DNA of 64,000 nt from the IMG/VR virus record IMGVR_UViG_3300030119_000552, positions 11,803 through 75,802 of that record; one strand, given 5' to 3'. The DNA comes from a virus. Of this stretch, positions 10,241 through 21,155 are shown one piece after another. The stretch's first letter is position 1. Each line of letters opens with the position of its first letter. Position numbers and translations under genes: made by a program. Under the pieces are notes generated by a model, which was not told the origin of the DNA, searched no databases, and saw only the letters and a list, made by a program, of their open reading frames with translations.

Positions 10241-10834
10241 TTACACTAGATTATCAAAAAACCAAATATCCTGTGGTTCGTAATCGTCTTCGACATATAT
10301 AGAATAATTTTTATCTATCATATAATTTTTAAAATCTTGCTCGTCAATTCCGTGGGTGGGTGTGTGTATTATTTCCATTTTAATCTTTGACGGTCTGATT
10401 GAAAAATCGTAAGCATACAAAATTTTAGCATCTCTGCCTTCTATATCTATTTTTAGAAAATCAATGCTCTTTACATTATACTCTTCTATAATTGAATTTA
10501 ATGTTTTTACATTTACATCAAAAGTAATAGTAGGCCAATCTGGATTCAACTTCATGTTATTTGTATCAAGGTTTGTATTTCCTACTCCACGTTTCCACAT
10601 GAAATCACCTATTTCATTTTGCTCTAACCATTGTGCATCATAATTTATAAATTGAGTTGTTCCATTGTAATCTAATACTGCACTATTTTCATAAAAACAA
10701 TTTTCAAATCTTTTTAATTTAGATAGATACCAATTGTCTGGTTCTATGAATATACCTGACCAACCTTGTTCTGCTAAACCAACTAAAGTATTAAAATTAG
10801 AAGTTCCTATTTCTATAAAAAATTTACTAATCAT
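10241..10834 (-). CDS. FkbM-family methyltransferase
   Basis: [21 protein letters not shown]. Confidence 0.8.
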   Translation of the reverse strand: MISKFFIEIGTSNFNTLVGLAEQGWSGIFIEPDNWYLSKLKRFENCFYENSAVLDYNGTTQFINYDAQWLEQNEIGDFMWKRGVGNTNLDTNNMKLNPDWPTITFDVNVKTLNSIIEEYNVKSIDFLKIDIEGRDAKILYAYDFSIRPSKIKMEIIHTPTHGIDEQDFKNYMIDKNYSIYVEDDYEPQDIWFFDNLV

Positions 10835-10871
10835 TTAGAATAGTTTATATAAATATGTAAATATATACAAG

Positions 10872-12302
10872 TTAAAAAGCAAAGAACTCTTTGCTTTTGT
10901 TTTTCTCGGAAGGTTGGTTTGGTGATTCTGCATCGTCAACTCTTGTTTTAGCAATGATAGCATAATCTTTTTCTTTTTCTATTCCGATATATTTTCTATC
11001 GAGCATTTTAGCCGCAATACAAGTTGTTCCACTTCCAACAAACGGATCAACAACAACATCATTTTCACGACTTCCAAGTGTTATTAAATAACTCATTAGT
11101 TCAATGGGTTTAACGGTTGGATGAACATTTTGTTTTTCCGTGACAAATCTACCAGTAACATCGTGGTCGATTTTGCTATTGCTCATATCTTCTGCATTTC
11201 TTCTTCCTGGCATTGAAGAACTTTTCTTTTTAGGAAGATGTTCAAGACCTTTGTTTTTTTCTGCTTTGCTTGCTTTTGCAACAATCATAAAAGGAAAAGT
11301 CTTTTGAACACTTTCGGGCAATTTGTGTATTTGTGATTTCCACCAAGAATCTAAATCGTAAAAACGAGAAAACGATCCTTCGTCTCCGTAAGTTCTTCCG
11401 GCGGGTTTGCCTGTGCTTTCTTGCCAAATACCACCCGATCCACTTCCACTATCTGTGTGTTTTCCTTTGCTTCGTTTTACTCCGTCATTAAGTACATCGT
11501 CTTGTATAATTAAATTGGCTGCGAATCTTCCGTCTGGTTGTTTATATTCACCTGCACCACCTCGTTCAAAGCACTTGGTTTCTTTTTTTCTGTCGGAAGT
11601 CCACATATCCTTTCCTTCACGTGGTGTTGGATTTTTTGCATATGCTCCACCATCTAAACTTTCGTCCGTTGGAATTCTACAATCGTCTAACCAAGTAATG
11701 CCTTTGCCATTTTTCATTGCTTGTTCAATATAAGATGATTCTTCAATAGGTTTCATTGCAACAAGCACAACTTCTACCGCAGGTTTAGGTTGATAACCTA
11801 CATAAGACCCATCAAGTTCTTTTGCTTCATCAGATGTTGCTTCAAACTTTTCATATTCCGATTTGAATGAATCCTCTTTTCGTCCTGCGAGTTTTCCATT
11901 CCATTCGGAGTTTTGTTTCCCCATTCCTTTGACTTTTCCTAAAGATTTTGCTTTTACTTTCAGTTTTTTATCAACTGCCCTACTAACATTTGTTGCTTTT
12001 GGAAATCCTGTTGCGTATGTCCAATAAATCGGAGTGAATCCAATATTGAATCCTGCGTCTTCTAAACGAACCATCATACGACTTTGTACATCTGAACGTG
12101 GTGCTGACATAACGAAACAGAATCCTCCTGGTTTCAAAACTCGTAAACACTCTTGCCAAATTTCTAATGCAGGAACTGCTTTGTCCCAATCACGATTCAT
12201 AAACGAGTATCCATAAGGTGGGTCTGTACAAACTAAGTCTACCGATTCGTCCTCAAGTTTCTTGAGAACTTTTAAACTATCTCCATTTATTATTTTATTC
12301 AT
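10872..12302 (-). CDS. DNA methyltransferase (DPPY, beta class)
   Basis: MNKIINGD start at 12302. TDPPY, HPTVKP, DPFVGSGTT. Confidence 0.92.
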   Translation of the reverse strand: MNKIINGDSLKVLKKLEDESVDLVCTDPPYGYSFMNRDWDKAVPALEIWQECLRVLKPGGFCFVMSAPRSDVQSRMMVRLEDAGFNIGFTPIYWTYATGFPKATNVSRAVDKKLKVKAKSLGKVKGMGKQNSEWNGKLAGRKEDSFKSEYEKFEATSDEAKELDGSYVGYQPKPAVEVVLVAMKPIEESSYIEQAMKNGKGITWLDDCRIPTDESLDGGAYAKNPTPREGKDMWTSDRKKETKCFERGGAGEYKQPDGRFAANLIIQDDVLNDGVKRSKGKHTDSGSGSGGIWQESTGKPAGRTYGDEGSFSRFYDLDSWWKSQIHKLPESVQKTFPFMIVAKASKAEKNKGLEHLPKKKSSSMPGRRNAEDMSNSKIDHDVTGRFVTEKQNVHPTVKPIELMSYLITLGSRENDVVVDPFVGSGTTCIAAKMLDRKYIGIEKEKDYAIIAKTRVDDAESPNQPSEKNKSKEFFAF

Positions 12303-13191
12303 AACTAAAAAACTTATTTGAGTTAACACGAAGTTTGTCTTGCTCACAATACTCAGGTATTTCATATTCACCTTGTTTGCGGAAAACCATAATATATTCG
12401 TGTATTTTACTTGTATATCTTTTGCTTGCTACTTTCGCACATTGAACATAAGCAAACGGACTAAGATTCTTCATAATGATTGTATCGTGATGAATCATTC
12501 CTTCATTTACAAATGCAGTAATCAAGTCCGAGTGAAATGAATGCAGTCCACTTCCATCTATAGCTCTCCAGTCTGCGACTACCCATACACAAAACGCACC
12601 TGGTTTCAAAACACGATTTACATTGCGACCACACTTTTGAATTTGATCCATAAAATCGTTGTAAGTTTCACATTCACTTAATTGATTTTTTGCGGTTTCA
12701 TACTTTTCAAGATTATGATACGGAGGACAAGTAAACACCAAATCAGCAGTTTCATTTTGTGTGTGAAGCATTTCTGTTCCATCACAATTAAAAAGTTTAG
12801 GGGATACCTTGAACTTTTCAAAATGCCTCGTACATCGTGTATATGTTTGTTGTGATACTTCATAACCTTGATAGTCACGACCTAGTTTACAAGCAACCAT
12901 AGCACGGGTAGCACGACCTGCAAATGGGTCTACAACTATACTTCCACGCATACTCCAATAATTAAGTATTTGTTCTGCTACACCCGCATGAAATTCACTG
13001 AATCTAAGACCAGGAAGATTCTCCGCATCTAAACTTCTTTTTCTTTCACAAATGCCATCGTCAAGATACGCTTCCGGCCACTGTTCACGATGATCACGAC
13101 TTGGTTCTAATACACTCAAAGGCAACCAACCGAATTGTTCATCAATTCTACAATCTTTTCTGATTGGAAGTATTTGATTATAGTTTGCCAT
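12295..13191 (-). CDS. DNA methyltransferase (motif I before motif IV)
   Basis: VVDPFAG...GYEV, then DLVFTCPPY and HEYIMVF. Confidence 0.85.
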   Translation of the reverse strand: MANYNQILPIRKDCRIDEQFGWLPLSVLEPSRDHREQWPEAYLDDGICERKRSLDAENLPGLRFSEFHAGVAEQILNYWSMRGSIVVDPFAGRATRAMVACKLGRDYQGYEVSQQTYTRCTRHFEKFKVSPKLFNCDGTEMLHTQNETADLVFTCPPYHNLEKYETAKNQLSECETYNDFMDQIQKCGRNVNRVLKPGAFCVWVVADWRAIDGSGLHSFHSDLITAFVNEGMIHHDTIIMKNLSPFAYVQCAKVASKRYTSKIHEYIMVFRKQGEYEIPEYCEQDKLRVNSNKFFSYE

Positions 13192-15698
13192 TAGAAAGCA
13201 AAAAACTTTTGAGCATTTGCAAGATTCTCACTTGCAAAGTCCCAACTAAGTGCATCATAAAAGTCACGCAACTTTCCTTCAAGTTCTCGTTCAAACAATT
13301 TATCTTTGTCTGCATACTTTTCAATGAACTCTAGTAACTCGGGTGGATCATCATAACCACGAAATGCAAGTGCATCTAAACCAAGTTCATTGTTCTTCAA
13401 ATAAATCCACTTGATTTTCTCACCATCACGAATTGGTTCACTTTGAATATTAAATTTTCTAAGAAACTGATTATGAATGATACTAGACTTAACGTGTGCG
13501 GGTGTGCTTTTTGCACACTCACCCATAACTGCACCTTTATCCATCATCTTTACATACTTGGATATATTCTTAACGGCACTTGTTTTTGCAATATCATCAA
13601 CTGATTCGTTCTTGACTTGCTTTTTGAGTGTAACAATCTTTTCATCAATTTCTTCTTTCGGTACATCCTTCAAAATATCTTTGAGGATTTCCGTCATAAA
13701 CTCACGAAACCTTGTTGGAAAACTACTACGCACAACATCAAGACCCTTTACTTCCAATTCGTCACAAGTAACACCATTGTTATTGATAATCCATTGTGCA
13801 TATCGTTTTTTTGCTAACCACATACTTGCTTTTGCAATCACTTCTTGTTTAATGTCATACCGATGCTCTTCAATATTAAAGAAACGTTTTGCCATTACAT
13901 CATAACTTTTATTAATGAAAGTTTGTACGTTATCTGCGACTTCAAGAATTGCGGTTGCCATTTCATTGTCATTTTTAACATCAACATGAGGCATCGTTTT
14001 TTCTACGATAGGCAATGCCGAAAAGAAAACTGAATCAGTATCAATGTAAATGCAATGATCTTCGGTGTCACCAAGAATTTTGTTGTAATAGTGATTGGCA
14101 ATTTTGCGACTGAACTTAATCACGGACACACCCGTGGTTGTAACTGCTTCTGCATTGTCCACGTCATAAAAACGAAAGATAGGCAAACCAAGAACACCAT
14201 ACAATGAATTAAGAAGAATCTTTTGAACGTGCTGACGTCGTTTGTAAAACACGTACTTGGCATCGTCACCTGCATTACCATACTCTTTCATTTTGTTCTT
14301 AAACTCAACCCGTTGATTGAACCATTGATCAAGAATCGCAGGAATAAGTCCGACCTTTTCTTTGGTATACATAACTCCATTACTGCTGATAGAAAGATTG
14401 TTATCTTTTAGAAATGTCTTGAACTCACCTGCTGAATATGTTTCACCACGAAATCCTACTTCAGTTTGCTCTCCGTCACAAAACTTTTCAGGACTCCAAT
14501 TATCAACAACACCCACTTTGGTTTCGGGTGAAATATTCGTGGACATAATAATAGATGGATACAGAGAAGTTAAATCCAAGTCAAACACCCACTTATATTT
14601 ACCAGGTGTCGGTGCAGCCACATACGCACCACTAAACTTCTTGGATTCGTCTCCTTTGATTTCATTGAATCGTTCACGGCCGTTTGGGTCTTTATTTGGT
14701 GCGACCAAATTGTGTCTGCGAAGATAAGTAAGCAACGCACCTTCAAGGTAACGAGAAGAAAATAATATATCTTCATACGGAACATGACCAACATGACAAA
14801 TACTACGAGTCAATTCAATGAGTTCCATTTTTTTGTCAATCTCAACAACAATCTTCACGTCATTCAAATTGTATTCAATAAACTTCTCAATATCTTTCGC
14901 AAACAAATCATCGAGGTTACCTTCATATTCAATTTTACCTAATCCAACTTCTTTGCGACCAATCGCATCCAAACGATAACTTGGTTCAACACTAAATGTA
15001 AAGTTCTTGTATAATGCAAGATAATCCAAGCAACTAACACCTGCAATTACAATTCGTTTCTTGAACTGATGATAATACGCATGACCAATTGGACTTAATC
15101 TGCTTGCTTCTTCTTGTCCTAAAACTCTTGCAAGTCTGCGATACAAATAAGGAACATCAAAGAAATCAATGTTCCAACCCGTCAAAATTGTCGGACTAAT
15201 CTCTTGGTAAAAATCAAGAAAGTGAGAAAGCATTGCTCGTTCATTATCATAAGAGTAAACTGAAACTTCTTCATTAGAATAGTCTGTGATTTTATCTTCT
15301 TTATCGAGAATCAGCACCACATAATTATTGGAACAACTATCGTGCCATGCGATAGAGGTAACGGGATTGTTTGCTTTCTCGGTGTCAGGCAATTCACCTT
15401 CCATGCTTACCTCAATATCAAAATTCATAACGCAATGACCGGTACTTGGTTCATCATCGTCTTCGTACAAATCAATTAAATTACGAGTCTCAACAGGAAC
15501 ATCAGATTCAAACAAACCTTCATCTTCATACCTATAACGAGTAACTTTCTCAAGTTTGTCACCATACATACTGCGATACATTCCGTGTGGAGATTTTTTG
15601 TATGCGTATGGTTTGTTCTTGAATGTTACCAACCCTTGTTTGTCATCCCACAGAAAAACCATGTTGTCTTTTTTACTTACAAAAATATTTTGATACAT
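13191..15698 (-). CDS. polB: DNA polymerase family B (gp43-like)
   Basis: Exo FDIE, GWNIDFFD, YNLND. Pol DLTSLYPS, KILLNSLYG, YIDTDS, KKRY. No intein seen. Confidence 0.97.
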   Translation of the reverse strand: MYQNIFVSKKDNMVFLWDDKQGLVTFKNKPYAYKKSPHGMYRSMYGDKLEKVTRYRYEDEGLFESDVPVETRNLIDLYEDDDEPSTGHCVMNFDIEVSMEGELPDTEKANNPVTSIAWHDSCSNNYVVLILDKEDKITDYSNEEVSVYSYDNERAMLSHFLDFYQEISPTILTGWNIDFFDVPYLYRRLARVLGQEEASRLSPIGHAYYHQFKKRIVIAGVSCLDYLALYKNFTFSVEPSYRLDAIGRKEVGLGKIEYEGNLDDLFAKDIEKFIEYNLNDVKIVVEIDKKMELIELTRSICHVGHVPYEDILFSSRYLEGALLTYLRRHNLVAPNKDPNGRERFNEIKGDESKKFSGAYVAAPTPGKYKWVFDLDLTSLYPSIIMSTNISPETKVGVVDNWSPEKFCDGEQTEVGFRGETYSAGEFKTFLKDNNLSISSNGVMYTKEKVGLIPAILDQWFNQRVEFKNKMKEYGNAGDDAKYVFYKRRQHVQKILLNSLYGVLGLPIFRFYDVDNAEAVTTTGVSVIKFSRKIANHYYNKILGDTEDHCIYIDTDSVFFSALPIVEKTMPHVDVKNDNEMATAILEVADNVQTFINKSYDVMAKRFFNIEEHRYDIKQEVIAKASMWLAKKRYAQWIINNNGVTCDELEVKGLDVVRSSFPTRFREFMTEILKDILKDVPKEEIDEKIVTLKKQVKNESVDDIAKTSAVKNISKYVKMMDKGAVMGECAKSTPAHVKSSIIHNQFLRKFNIQSEPIRDGEKIKWIYLKNNELGLDALAFRGYDDPPELLEFIEKYADKDKLFERELEGKLRDFYDALSWDFASENLANAQKFFAF

Positions 15699-15706
15699 TG
15701 CAAACT

Positions 15707-15735
15707 ATTATATCGGAAGTTATATAAAAAGTCAA
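15707..15735 (-). promoter_or_regulatory. sigma70-like promoter for polymerase-MTase operon
   Basis: TTGACT-17-TATAAT, 8 nt before ATG 15698. Confidence 0.8.
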
Positions 15736-16259
15736 GCACCAGTGCTTCCAAACCCACCAGTTCCTCTGTCTGTTTCCGACAAATCTTCTGCAATTTCAAA
15801 TTCAACAGAGTGCGTTTCGGCAACTACGAGTTGGGCAATTCTGTCTCCTTTTGAATAAATTTTGTCCATATTTACATTAGTGTACAACGGAATTGTTGCT
15901 TGGTGTCCATGAATTCTTGCATATACATCTTCTGGTTGTATAATATATTTGAAACGAACAAGCAATTCTCCACGATATCCTGCGTCAATTAAGCCAACTG
16001 AATTAGCAAGCATAAGATTTTTATTGCTGATACTGCTTCTTGGAAATATGTTAGTGTGATAAACTTTTTCATCTACGCATGGTTCAATATATAAATCCGT
16101 ATGATATTGTATATAGTCAATTCGTGACCATGCTTGCATCTCTTCATTGTATTCTCCTGCAATTGCTGGATGAGAGGATGCCACAATATCATATCCGACA
16201 TCGTATGACGTTAAATTTTTTGGTATAATACTTCCAGTATTTTTTACTTTAATTTTCAT
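15732..16259 (-). CDS. dut: dUTPase (trimeric)
   Basis: GYDI, PRSS, GLIDAGYRG, RIAQL, RGTGGFGSTG. Confidence 0.95.
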   Translation of the reverse strand: MKIKVKNTGSIIPKNLTSYDVGYDIVASSHPAIAGEYNEEMQAWSRIDYIQYHTDLYIEPCVDEKVYHTNIFPRSSISNKNLMLANSVGLIDAGYRGELLVRFKYIIQPEDVYARIHGHQATIPLYTNVNMDKIYSKGDRIAQLVVAETHSVEFEIAEDLSETDRGTGGFGSTGA

Positions 16260-16725
16260 TCAAATATGATACTGCATCTTCAAAGGAATGTACAACAAAA
16301 ATATCATTTTCTTTTGCTTCGTGTTCAAGCATATGTCTCCAAAACTTTATCGTTCCCCACATATGACCTTGGTTTATTTCCAATAAATTTTGCTTATGTC
16401 GTTCTTCATCAATAGTAACGAGGACATTGGGTTTTACATTCCATTCCCAAAAACTTCTTGCACTCCACACTTCAGGTATACTTAAAATTTTATCGTTATT
16501 TTTTAACCAAGATTCCAAAACTTTCCAAGAATCTTGTGAAAAAGAGACTGCAATGTCATGTTCATCTATGTAATTACAAGAATATGATTTATGCGAGAAT
16601 TCTTTTTTGTTAAAGTGTGGTGGCCACCCTAGTTCATTTGCTATGATTTCATCACAATCTGCAAATCCAAGTGTCTTACTATAATAGGTTTTTCCCGAAT
16701 GCCTAACTGCTGATATTACTTTCAT
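16249..16725 (-). CDS. P-loop kinase-like protein
   Basis: N-terminal VISAVRHSGKT followed by DCD, as in small NMP/shikimate-type kinases. Confidence 0.45.
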   Translation of the reverse strand: MKVISAVRHSGKTYYSKTLGFADCDEIIANELGWPPHFNKKEFSHKSYSCNYIDEHDIAVSFSQDSWKVLESWLKNNDKILSIPEVWSARSFWEWNVKPNVLVTIDEERHKQNLLEINQGHMWGTIKFWRHMLEHEAKENDIFVVHSFEDAVSYLNEN

Positions 16726-17062
16726 GGGAATAATACTTTTGAATTAATTTTACAAGAACATCTCCGTGGCATGGCTTTGGTTTACACCAACAACCGAGTA
16801 TTTTTCCTTTAAGTGTTTTTAATTCTTCTATGAGTTGGGGTTGAGATTCAATCCATTCTTCGTATTTTTTAATTGCCTCGGAAGTACTATCGACACGATA
16901 CTTTGCTATAGTCCCATCTTTTGATGAAAACGGATTTCCCCATAAAGAAGGCCTTCCGATGTAGATATCATATTCTGATTTCTTGCAATGGACTACTTTA
17001 GTTGTATTTGTGCTGATTTCTAAATTAGAATAAAATGATAAATTAACTTTTGGTTTTGTCAT
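16703..17062 (-). CDS. DUF4326-like protein
   Basis: YIGRPSLWGNPF and LGCWCKPKPCHGDVL. Confidence 0.85.
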   Translation of the reverse strand: MTKPKVNLSFYSNLEISTNTTKVVHCKKSEYDIYIGRPSLWGNPFSSKDGTIAKYRVDSTSEAIKKYEEWIESQPQLIEELKTLKGKILGCWCKPKPCHGDVLVKLIQKYYSHESNISS

Positions 17063-17384
17063 CCAAATCTATATCAGTATCTTTATCAAAATTTTCCATA
17101 TCGGAGAACAATTCTTTAACGAAGTCAAATTCTAACTGATTACCAGAAAACTCTGGTTCGTTGATGTGTGAATAATTTACATTAGTAGAATTGTTGTAGG
17201 CATCTACGAATTCAAGGTGTCCATCAAACTGAAAACCTGCTCCTTTCAGAAATAACTCAAACGCATTTAAAACTTCATCTAGAGTTTCTTCTGTTGTAGA
17301 GTGTCTTGTTCGTGATACAAGATTATCATCAGAATCCCTCCATGTGTAGTCAAATGTGAATTTTGCTGTATTATTGTATTTCAT
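17043..17384 (-). CDS. hypothetical protein
   Basis: ORF with FLKGAGF motif; ATATTTAT upstream. Confidence 0.65.
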   Translation of the reverse strand: MKYNNTAKFTFDYTWRDSDDNLVSRTRHSTTEETLDEVLNAFELFLKGAGFQFDGHLEFVDAYNNSTNVNYSHINEPEFSGNQLEFDFVKELFSDMENFDKDTDIDLDDKTKS

Positions 17385-17426
17385 ATATACATAAATATAT
17401 AGAAATATACTAGGTAAGTAAAGTCT

Positions 17427-17633
17427 TTATTTAGACTTCACACCTAATACTGCTGATTTTATGATTATCTGTAAGTAAAATTGTAAGAATATCGCAGCTG
17501 CCCAATTTGTTAGACTATACTCTATATTTGTTGCAAATAAGGTATTGATTGCCCAAATAATCCCGAGTGGCAGAAAAATTATTCCGATTATACCTAAAAC
17601 TAAAGCAAGCAAAGAAGTAGTTTTGACTTCCAT
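17427..17633 (-). CDS. small membrane protein
   Basis: Two hydrophobic segments. Confidence 0.65.
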   Translation of the reverse strand: MEVKTTSLLALVLGIIGIIFLPLGIIWAINTLFATNIEYSLTNWAAAIFLQFYLQIIIKSAVLGVKSK

Positions 17634-17635
17634 TT

Positions 17636-17923
17636 TTATTTTCTAATCTTGCAGATTTTTTCGTACAACAATTCCAAATCATCGTATGTCATCCCAAAAA
17701 TTGCTTCCACACCTTCTACCATTTTGTCAAACGAAATTATTGTCCCACACTCATCTGGATCACCTTCGGACTCTATAATTTTATATTTTATTTCCATTTC
17801 ATCGGAAAGTTCTTCAAGTTTACAAAGTGTCATGTGTTCATATAATGTAACAAAGTCATCAACTGAACAACTTGCTAGAAACTCTAGTGATTCTCTTTCC
17901 ATTGTGTTTTCGTCTGATTTCAT
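17636..17923 (-). CDS. hypothetical acidic protein
   Basis: 95-aa ORF. Confidence 0.55.
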   Translation of the reverse strand: MKSDENTMERESLEFLASCSVDDFVTLYEHMTLCKLEELSDEMEIKYKIIESEGDPDECGTIISFDKMVEGVEAIFGMTYDDLELLYEKICKIRK

Positions 17924-17982
17924 ATTTGAATGTTAGTTTGAGATTATGTATACATATAAATATATATTATAGAGACGGAATG

Positions 17983-19200
17983 TCAATTCTTTTTCCAAAT
18001 CCAAATTGGTTCTGCGAATGCAACATCTTTGGTTTCTTCGGTAATTTCCTTAAGGCCTTCCGAAAAATACTCACTCTTGGCATTTCCTGCACCACCTGAA
18101 TTAAATCGTTTCGTCATTTCCATTCCAATGCAACCAAGATATTCAAGACCTTGTGATTTAATAAAGTCATTCATTGGATTTGTAATTTCAACATAGTCGT
18201 TGATGGGAGCATTAAATACATCTGCGATATTGATTGCAAGAATACCACTCTTCTTTATTGTCGGAATTATCTTACCAAGTGTAGTGTGAAGAAACTTCTC
18301 GTTCCAATCATCTATTTTTTTATATCTCACCCAAGATTGCGTATCATCTTCCGAATACTTTTCTGTATTAAAATATGGTGGACTTGTAAACACCGTATCA
18401 AAGTAATTTTCGTATTGTGAGTAATCTACGTCTTCGGCAGGACTTTCTATTAGGTCTACTTTTCTATCTTGTTCAAAAAAGGTAGAATACTTTTCATAGA
18501 ACTGAATTTGCTTTTGGTAGTTAGGATGATTAAGTGTATTGGGATCGATTCCAACATAATGCTCTGTGGTTTCACCTGTATAAAATCCTGCTAGTCTATC
18601 ACCCCATCCTGCACTAAAGTCTAATATGTTCTTGCTTTGAAAGTGATCGTAAAATGCTTTTGCTACTGCCGGTTTGAATTGTGATGCGACATACTTGCGA
18701 AGAGTGGTAGCAACACGGAGAGTGTTAATATCGACTTGATTAAGAACTTTATCTAACGTCCAATAAGCACGAACGATTGTTTTGATTCCTTTTACTGTTT
18801 GCCAAGTTTTCCAACCACTTGGAGTTCTTGTCCAATCTACTTTCCAACGAGTTTCTACATGAAATGGATTGGAAGCATTATTACCAGAATTGTTTCTTTT
18901 CAACAGAAACTGAGAATCTTTGTAGTTAAGGTGGTAGTTGCTTTTTCTTTCATTGCGAGGAAACCACTTTTTTTCTACAAGTACATCATTGTGCTTTATT
19001 CCTTTTAACTTATTCAAACTATCAAGAGTTTGTTTATTTGTAATTTTAGGTAGTGGAGCGGGATATGTGTGTAATACTTTTGCCAATTCTTCTACAACAT
19101 CTTCTTTTTCATACTTTTGCATAATGTCTTTCCACTCATCCTCTTCAATGAGGAGATATGGTTTCATGTTGTAGAACTTTTTGAAATGCTCTTGTAGCAT
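17983..19200 (-). CDS. DNA methyltransferase-like (DFSAGWG / FTSPPY family)
   Basis: ILDFSAGWGDRL, YVGIDPN, FTSPPYF-EKY, C-terminal EPIWIW. Same family as the genes at 31.5-34.7 kb. Confidence 0.85.
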   Translation of the reverse strand: MLQEHFKKFYNMKPYLLIEEDEWKDIMQKYEKEDVVEELAKVLHTYPAPLPKITNKQTLDSLNKLKGIKHNDVLVEKKWFPRNERKSNYHLNYKDSQFLLKRNNSGNNASNPFHVETRWKVDWTRTPSGWKTWQTVKGIKTIVRAYWTLDKVLNQVDINTLRVATTLRKYVASQFKPAVAKAFYDHFQSKNILDFSAGWGDRLAGFYTGETTEHYVGIDPNTLNHPNYQKQIQFYEKYSTFFEQDRKVDLIESPAEDVDYSQYENYFDTVFTSPPYFNTEKYSEDDTQSWVRYKKIDDWNEKFLHTTLGKIIPTIKKSGILAINIADVFNAPINDYVEITNPMNDFIKSQGLEYLGCIGMEMTKRFNSGGAGNAKSEYFSEGLKEITEETKDVAFAEPIWIWKKN

Positions 19201-19205
19201 ACACC

Positions 19206-19814
19206 TTATTGAGACTCAGACTCTTCAGAAGTTTTGGCTTGTTCTTGTGCTTTTCGTTCAGCCTTTTTCTGATTATGAATAGCAAGTTGACGAGCAACTT
19301 CATCGTCTGTAATTTGTTGACCTTGTGAATATGTCGATTGTGGGGTGTTTACTTGTGGTGCATGAGGTGAATCGGGTGTAGATGAACTCGTTATATCGTG
19401 TATAGATGGTCTGTTATCTATTTTAGGGTAACCATCTTCGTATCGTAATTTAGAAACAGTTTGCTCTACCTCAATTTCTTCAGAAACCGTGTCTTGTTCC
19501 TTATTTAGCAATTTATCAATTTGCTCTTCCGAAACTTCATTTTGTGGTGACGGTGTTGGGTTTCCAATGACTGAGTTAGAAGTTAACTTAATAGTTTCAT
19601 ACTGACCTGATTCTGCTTTTTTTGGATCGCGATTTTTTAATTTTTCTTGAAACGCAGCTAAAAGACCAGTTAATCCTGGATTCTCGAATTTGGTTTCGTA
19701 CTTAACTTTTTCTTCAACTTCTTCTTGATTTAACTCTTCTTCTCGTTTGATGTCGGTCTTGCGAGGTGTTTGAGCAATCTTCTCAAATTTTTTATCTAAT
19801 TCTTCAAAGGACAT
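19206..19814 (-). CDS. hypothetical protein (charged, low complexity)
   Basis: 202-aa ORF with ATATTTAT 4 nt upstream. Confidence 0.65.
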   Translation of the reverse strand: MSFEELDKKFEKIAQTPRKTDIKREEELNQEEVEEKVKYETKFENPGLTGLLAAFQEKLKNRDPKKAESGQYETIKLTSNSVIGNPTPSPQNEVSEEQIDKLLNKEQDTVSEEIEVEQTVSKLRYEDGYPKIDNRPSIHDITSSSTPDSPHAPQVNTPQSTYSQGQQITDDEVARQLAIHNQKKAERKAQEQAKTSEESESQ

Positions 19815-19848
19815 AGTAATAAATATATATGTATGTATTTATATTTTA

Positions 19849-20076
19849 TTAAAAAAAGTCATCACCCAATGCAATAAAAGTATTTCCCTTGTAGGTTGCA
19901 ACCTGCGAATTATCATTACTTTTTATTTGAGCAATAGGACACATTTTGTCTTTTTTAAGATACCAAGTACCAAGAACCCAACCGTTTGTTTCGGTTTTTT
20001 CGGGTATATAAATGGTGTCTACTACTTGGTTTGTTGCGGTGTCTCTTACTTCGTATTCGTGGTGTAACTTACCCAT
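19849..20076 (-). CDS. hypothetical protein
   Basis: 75-aa ORF. Confidence 0.6.
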   Translation of the reverse strand: MGKLHHEYEVRDTATNQVVDTIYIPEKTETNGWVLGTWYLKKDKMCPIAQIKSNDNSQVATYKGNTFIALGDDFF

Positions 20077-20079
20077 TAA

Positions 20080-20337
20080 TTAGTTTGAGGTAGTTTCAAA
20101 CAGTAAGGTGGGTCTTCCAATCTCACCTTCAATCTTCCCAACAGATTTAATTGCTCCTGATTCAAGTGCTTTTTTTACTCTAAAACGAAGAGTAATGGGA
20201 ACTGCCGTGGGGTGTGTTCTTTCTAAATCAGCAATACTAAACTTTCCAGTTGGCCAATTAACTACCAACTTTTCCTTCTTTGGACGGACTTGAGTTTCTA
20301 CTCTGATTTCTTTTTTAATTTTATTTGTATCTGTCAT
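20080..20337 (-). CDS. putative winged-helix DNA-binding protein
   Basis: FSIADL...LRFRVKKALESG...GRPTLLF pattern. Confidence 0.5.
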   Translation of the reverse strand: MTDTNKIKKEIRVETQVRPKKEKLVVNWPTGKFSIADLERTHPTAVPITLRFRVKKALESGAIKSVGKIEGEIGRPTLLFETTSN

Positions 20338-20379
20338 AATTGTGTTGATTTATTTAGTTTTAAGATAAATCAAAGAGAA

Positions 20380-20565
20380 TTAACTCTTTGATTCCGCAAC
20401 CGATGCCTTTCTGTATTCGGTGGCCAACTTCTTGATTTCACCGATTGCCTTACGGGCACGTGTACCAGATGCCTTAGTTCCGGATTCTGCGTTTTGGGTA
20501 TGGTTTTCTTCAAATGCTTCGTACAAAGCTTTGATTTGTTCATATAGTTCTTTTGATGTAGCCAT
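20380..20565 (-). CDS. Histone H1-like (Hc1-type) small basic protein
   Basis: G-KASGTRARKAIGEIKKLATEYRKASV signature. Confidence 0.75.
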   Translation of the reverse strand: MATSKELYEQIKALYEAFEENHTQNAESGTKASGTRARKAIGEIKKLATEYRKASVAESKS

Positions 20566-20636
20566 ATTTAACCTTTCATGTTTTATTGTTATTAAAATAT
20601 ATAATATATCTTTTTTAATATTTTTGCAAGTAAAAT

Positions 20637-21056
20637 TTATGCGAAGAAAATTACATACGCATTATCATCAGTAGTCACATTCATGTGTCTAAACACCCAA
20701 CGTTCATTGTGCATTTGTTGAATTAAGTCTGCGTATGCCTCTGATGTTTTGTCGATTTTAACTACTTTACCTGCAACCGGTGTTGCTTGATGTCTACGAA
20801 CAAAGTCTGCCCAATTAAGTTCGGTTGAGTTATTTTCTATAAACTCATGGGTAAATAAATTAACATCGTTGGTGTTTTCTTCGTAGTGTTTTATTATATC
20901 ACCACGACAATCGCATCCAGGATCAACAGAGAAACTCAAAGCATGAGTTTCATTTGTTGGATATTTTTGGATATATGCGTTTAGAAACTTTTGAGAGGTT
21001 GTCAAAAGTTCTAGAATTGCTAATAGTGCGTATTTGTTAAACTCGTCTTGATTCAT
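20637..21056 (-). CDS. hypothetical protein
   Basis: Probable start MNQDEF at 21056; DPGCDCR motif. Confidence 0.55.
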   Translation of the reverse strand: MNQDEFNKYALLAILELLTTSQKFLNAYIQKYPTNETHALSFSVDPGCDCRGDIIKHYEENTNDVNLFTHEFIENNSTELNWADFVRRHQATPVAGKVVKIDKTSEAYADLIQQMHNERWVFRHMNVTTDDNAYVIFFA

Positions 21057-21155
21057 GCTAATTAAATATTTATTATAATTAAATACAATTATGAGCAATC
21101 TGTCAATCGGTATTTTTTTGTTGTAGAAATTAAGATTATCATTTAAAGTATCATC

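Noticed and set aside
13191-15698. Intein or intron in DNA polymerase
   Set aside because: 835 aa with contiguous motifs and no splice signatures.
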